Below are positions 60,927 through 64,000 of a stretch of DNA of 64,000 nt, piece after piece. Origin of the DNA: Spirochaetia bacterium. GTDB taxonomy: Bacteria; Spirochaetota; Spirochaetia; SP-2023. Position 1 is the first letter of the stretch. The number at the start of each line of letters is the position of its first letter. Position numbers and translations under genes: made by a program. The notes below the pieces were generated by a model. The model ran no database searches. It was not told the DNA's origin and saw only the letters and a list, made by a program, of their open reading frames with translations. The stretch lies in NCBI GenBank assembly GCA_965263295.1, contig OZ253665.1, positions 1,024,001 to 1,088,000 on the forward strand, in the 5' to 3' direction.

Positions 60927-60945
60927 ATTGCCTGGAGCCTCCAAA

Positions 60946-60992
60946 GACAAAGAAAAGAGCTCTGTATTTTATTGCGAGCTCTTTTCTTTGTC
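60946..60992. terminator. Intercistronic stem-loop between mglB and mglA
   Basis: Perfect 17-bp inverted repeat GACAAAGAAAAGAGCTC / GAGCTCTTTTCTTTGTC with a 13-nt loop. Confidence 0.8.
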
Positions 60993-61004
60993 AATTCATG
61001 GAAA

Positions 61005-62003
61005 TTATTTTCCTACAGCAACATAGGGGACACGTACGGCCTTTGAGTCGTCGCTTTCCAATTCCCACTCTGTACCTTCAGTAGGAGCCTTGCCCTGAGC
61101 GACATTCACGGCCAGCTCAATCACAGCACGAGCCTGGTTCTTCCCGTCATTTAAAACAGTACCATTCATTTTACCTTCTTTAATCAGTTGCAAAGCCTGC
61201 TCCAAAGCATCGACACCGTAGATTGGCAGTCGAACATCGGCCGCATCCATGGCCGTAATGGCACCGAAAGCCATACCATCATTGTTGGCAATAACCATTT
61301 CGATGTCTTGGCCGAAGCTGGAAGTCAACCAAGCAGCCATAGTGTCATTGCCGAACTGGGTAGACCATGTCGGATCAGCCTGTAAAGCCAGTTCCTGGAC
61401 CTGAATGCCAGCAGCCTGAATAGCGGCAACAGATTCTGTCGTCCGTGCCTCAGCGTCTGGATGGCCCGGCTCACCTTTCAACATAACATACTGCATCACA
61501 CCATCGCCATTGCGATCCCATTCAGGGTTTGCCTGCCAGTCCTGGGCAATCATCTGACCTTGCAGGACCCCGGATTCGGCAGAGTTGGTGCCAACGTACC
61601 ACACTTTGTCGTACATGTTCATTACACCCGCTTCAGTAGGTTCTTTGTTGTAAAAGATCAACGGAATATCTGCAGACTTAGCCTTTTCAACAATAGTACG
61701 GGCTGAAGCCGGATCGACCAGATTTACCGCCAGGACCTGTAATCCTTTATTGATAAAAATATCTACTTGGTCGTTTTGCTTGGCCTGCTGATTTTCAGAG
61801 TCCACAACAGTCAGATTTACTTTATGCTGGGCTGCATATTCCTTCAGCGCTGGGGCCACAACACCATTCATAAAGTTGTCACCAAAACTGTAAATAGTAG
61901 CGCCCATCTGCACACCCCCTGAGCTGCTACCTCGAGCACTAAGCGAGATGGTACTGGCAACTAATGTTATAGCAACAAGTAGAACAAAATTAATTTTCTT
62001 CAT
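61005..62003 (-). CDS. mglB: Galactose/glucose-binding periplasmic protein
   Basis: DNFM, QNDQVD, NLVDP, NKEP, KGEPGHPDAEART and ANNDGMA motifs; signal peptide. Confidence 0.93.
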   Translation of the reverse strand: MKKINFVLLVAITLVASTISLSARGSSSGGVQMGATIYSFGDNFMNGVVAPALKEYAAQHKVNLTVVDSENQQAKQNDQVDIFINKGLQVLAVNLVDPASARTIVEKAKSADIPLIFYNKEPTEAGVMNMYDKVWYVGTNSAESGVLQGQMIAQDWQANPEWDRNGDGVMQYVMLKGEPGHPDAEARTTESVAAIQAAGIQVQELALQADPTWSTQFGNDTMAAWLTSSFGQDIEMVIANNDGMAFGAITAMDAADVRLPIYGVDALEQALQLIKEGKMNGTVLNDGKNQARAVIELAVNVAQGKAPTEGTEWELESDDSKAVRVPYVAVGK

Positions 62004-62963
62004 GGATTTCCTCCGGATATGATTTTATCCCCTATAATAAGTACCATACAAAATATTTCAACCCTAATTTCCCTTTATTTGCAATAATTTTTTTTCTATA
62101 AAAACTCGAAATATAAAGTATATTAAATAATTTAGTATTAAAAATCACAGTATAATATCCTTTATCATATTAACATTTTAAAAATTACCTAAATGACACA
62201 TTAATATAAGGCCGCTAAAAAATCCGAACACAGGCTAAAAAAACAAGCTGACCCTCAGAATTTAAGTCCGTGTTAATTTCTGTCAAGATATCCGTCGCCT
62301 CTTCCACAGTCTGATTTTTGCCGGCTTTCCACCGCAGCCCTTGCTTTGCTCCTCAAGGCACGGCATGTCCTATCGCTGGATCAATTGTCACTATAGATAT
62401 GACAGTTAATTTACGAAAAATGACAAATGCTCGGACAATACATATTAAGAGTCGCTCTGGTGTAACGCTGTTATTGCCAAAGTCGACATACTGCCAACCC
62501 TGCAAGATTACATGGAAAGTCTGGTATAGTGAATTTTATTTCATCCGATATAATATGCGGCTTATTTTTGCCGTTTTCGGCGTTACCGCGCCAGCTTTAT
62601 ATTATTTTAGTTTGGCGCCATTCTATGTCAATTGCAACTTCTTGAGGGGGCTTAATCCAACACAAGCTATTTGTTAAGCCAGATATAGCTTTCAACAGTC
62701 TCAAATTGGCTCCCTTTTTGTTCAATTTGTTTCTCGCTTAGACTGTCGATCATATTTATACTGTTAATACCTTGGCCAACGAAAACAGGCCCGGAGTCGT
62801 TTGTTTTTCATTTGTGAAGAATTACTAAGTTGAGTCTGTATCAACTGTATGAACCATCTGGAAAGTTATATCGGCTCTGCGTACTTCAATGTCTTTGTCG
62901 CCCGTATCAGCGCAGTCGCCCGTATCAGCGCAAATGTTTCTAAAATCATAAAGGTGATCGGTT

Positions 62964-64000
62964 ATGAATCGCAGTGATAAAGTAAGGACCTGTCGGATTG
63001 TCCTCTTGCTCCTGCTGGCTACTCTTGTCGTCTATAGGGGCTATCTCCTTATCTACGAAAAAGATTACCGGGCAGTCAACGCCGAAAATATCAATAAAAT
63101 CGTCACGCGCCTCCACGGAAGTAATCGCTACCGGTTCGTCGTTGCCGGCAATATCCAAAATTCCATGCGGCTCTTTGAAAAACGCATCATCCCTTTAATA
63201 CAAGACAACGATGCCGATTTTATGATCTCGCTGGGTAATTCAGTATCTGACGGCAGTGAAGATAAATATCACTTATTGCACCGCGGATTCAGGAAATTGG
63301 GCATACCTTACCTGATGACTTTCGGAGACGGGGAAATGGAAGACTTCGGTTCGAACAGATACTACCGCCATTTCGGCCCCTATCTCTATTCGTTCTCTTT
63401 AGATAATGCTTATTTTATCTTTTTGGATAGCACCGGCAAAACCAACTGGAAATGGCAACTATACTGGTTGAAAAACGAATTGACAGCGGCACAAAAATAT
63501 CCTCATCGTTTCGTGTTTATGAACCAGTCTCCACTTGCCATCCAGGTTTCCGAATCAGTAGAATCTTCCGGCGTCTTAAAAACAGAATTGTGCCAAAGCT
63601 TGCAGACTATATTCTCGCAATATCGGGTGACTGCGGTTTTCTCATCTGGGTATCCCATCTACAACGACAGTGTGCTTCAGGGCGTTCGCTATATTGTATC
63701 GGGCGGCGGCGGTGGTTTATTGCTCAACCACCAAATGCCCTACCAGATTGCAGAAGTCGCCGTAAGCGAGGGGCAGTTCTCTATTGGAAACCTCGTTGCA
63801 ATTGGCCGAATGGGTACATTTCTCGAAAAGCTGGAAATATTCAAACTATACCTGCATTCGTTTTTCTATAAGAACTCTTTTAACTTATTGCTGGCTTTAA
63901 TCACGATCAGCCTCGTTTTGTTGCAACTCCATGCATCTGTTCTGCAAAAAGAGTATTTGTACCGGGACTTCAGTGACGACAAGGAGATTCTAGCCTCCAG
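62964..64000 (+). CDS. Membrane protein with a degenerate calcineurin-like metallophosphoesterase domain (3'-truncated by window edge; absent from ORF track)
   Basis: Hand translation from ATG 62964 stays open to the window end: TM, FVVAGNIQ, MISLGNSVSD, TFGDGE, FIFLDS..WQLYWLKNEL, VFSSGY, YIVSGGGGG, then a second TM. Confidence 0.75.
   Translation, partial: MNRSDKVRTCRIVLLLLLATLVVYRGYLLIYEKDYRAVNAENINKIVTRLHGSNRYRFVVAGNIQNSMRLFEKRIIPLIQDNDADFMISLGNSVSDGSEDKYHLLHRGFRKLGIPYLMTFGDGEMEDFGSNRYYRHFGPYLYSFSLDNAYFIFLDSTGKTNWKWQLYWLKNELTAAQKYPHRFVFMNQSPLAIQVSESVESSGVLKTELCQSLQTIFSQYRVTAVFSSGYPIYNDSVLQGVRYIVSGGGGGLLLNHQMPYQIAEVAVSEGQFSIGNLVAIGRMGTFLEKLEIFKLYLHSFFYKNSFNLLLALITISLVLLQLHASVLQKEYLYRDFSDDKEILAS

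Noticed and set aside
62318..62677. 119-aa + strand ORF
   Set aside because: TTG start, no RBS and no recognisable motif or protein-like composition.

Overview
Bacterial chromosomal window, most likely from a spirochaete. This is inferred from the murC-yicC-cmk and murG-cvpA gene order, surE next to a TPR/NHL protein, mglBAC and spirochaete-type lipoboxes. Most of the window is housekeeping: surE, pepN, metA, murC, yicC, cmk, ddl, murG, trmB, folD, prfA, ftsY, parAB, aat, ligA, plsC, pabB, hppA, mglBAC and a GGDEF protein. The standout is an AT-rich locus of about 11.7 kb between trmB and folD. It encodes a surface lipoprotein of about 3,600 aa built from 8 LRR blocks and about 20 copies of a ~75-90 aa domain resembling Mycoplasma-type lipoprotein-associated repeats. 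Its probable start (ATG 22764) is out of frame with its lipobox (LIFS-C) because of an (AT)14 tract inside the signal peptide, so it looks like a phase-variable gene captured in the OFF state. The gene contains near-identical internal DNA repeats and is followed by a terminator and an array of ~210-bp units carrying inverted repeats. Other observations: two tandem-repeat arrays in the pepN/metA divergent promoter, many short tandem duplications and in-frame insertions across the window, an unannotated 42-aa Cys-containing ORF, candidate structured RNAs, and a degenerate metallophosphoesterase running off the right end. No rRNA, tRNA, CRISPR array, transposase or reverse transcriptase was recognised.
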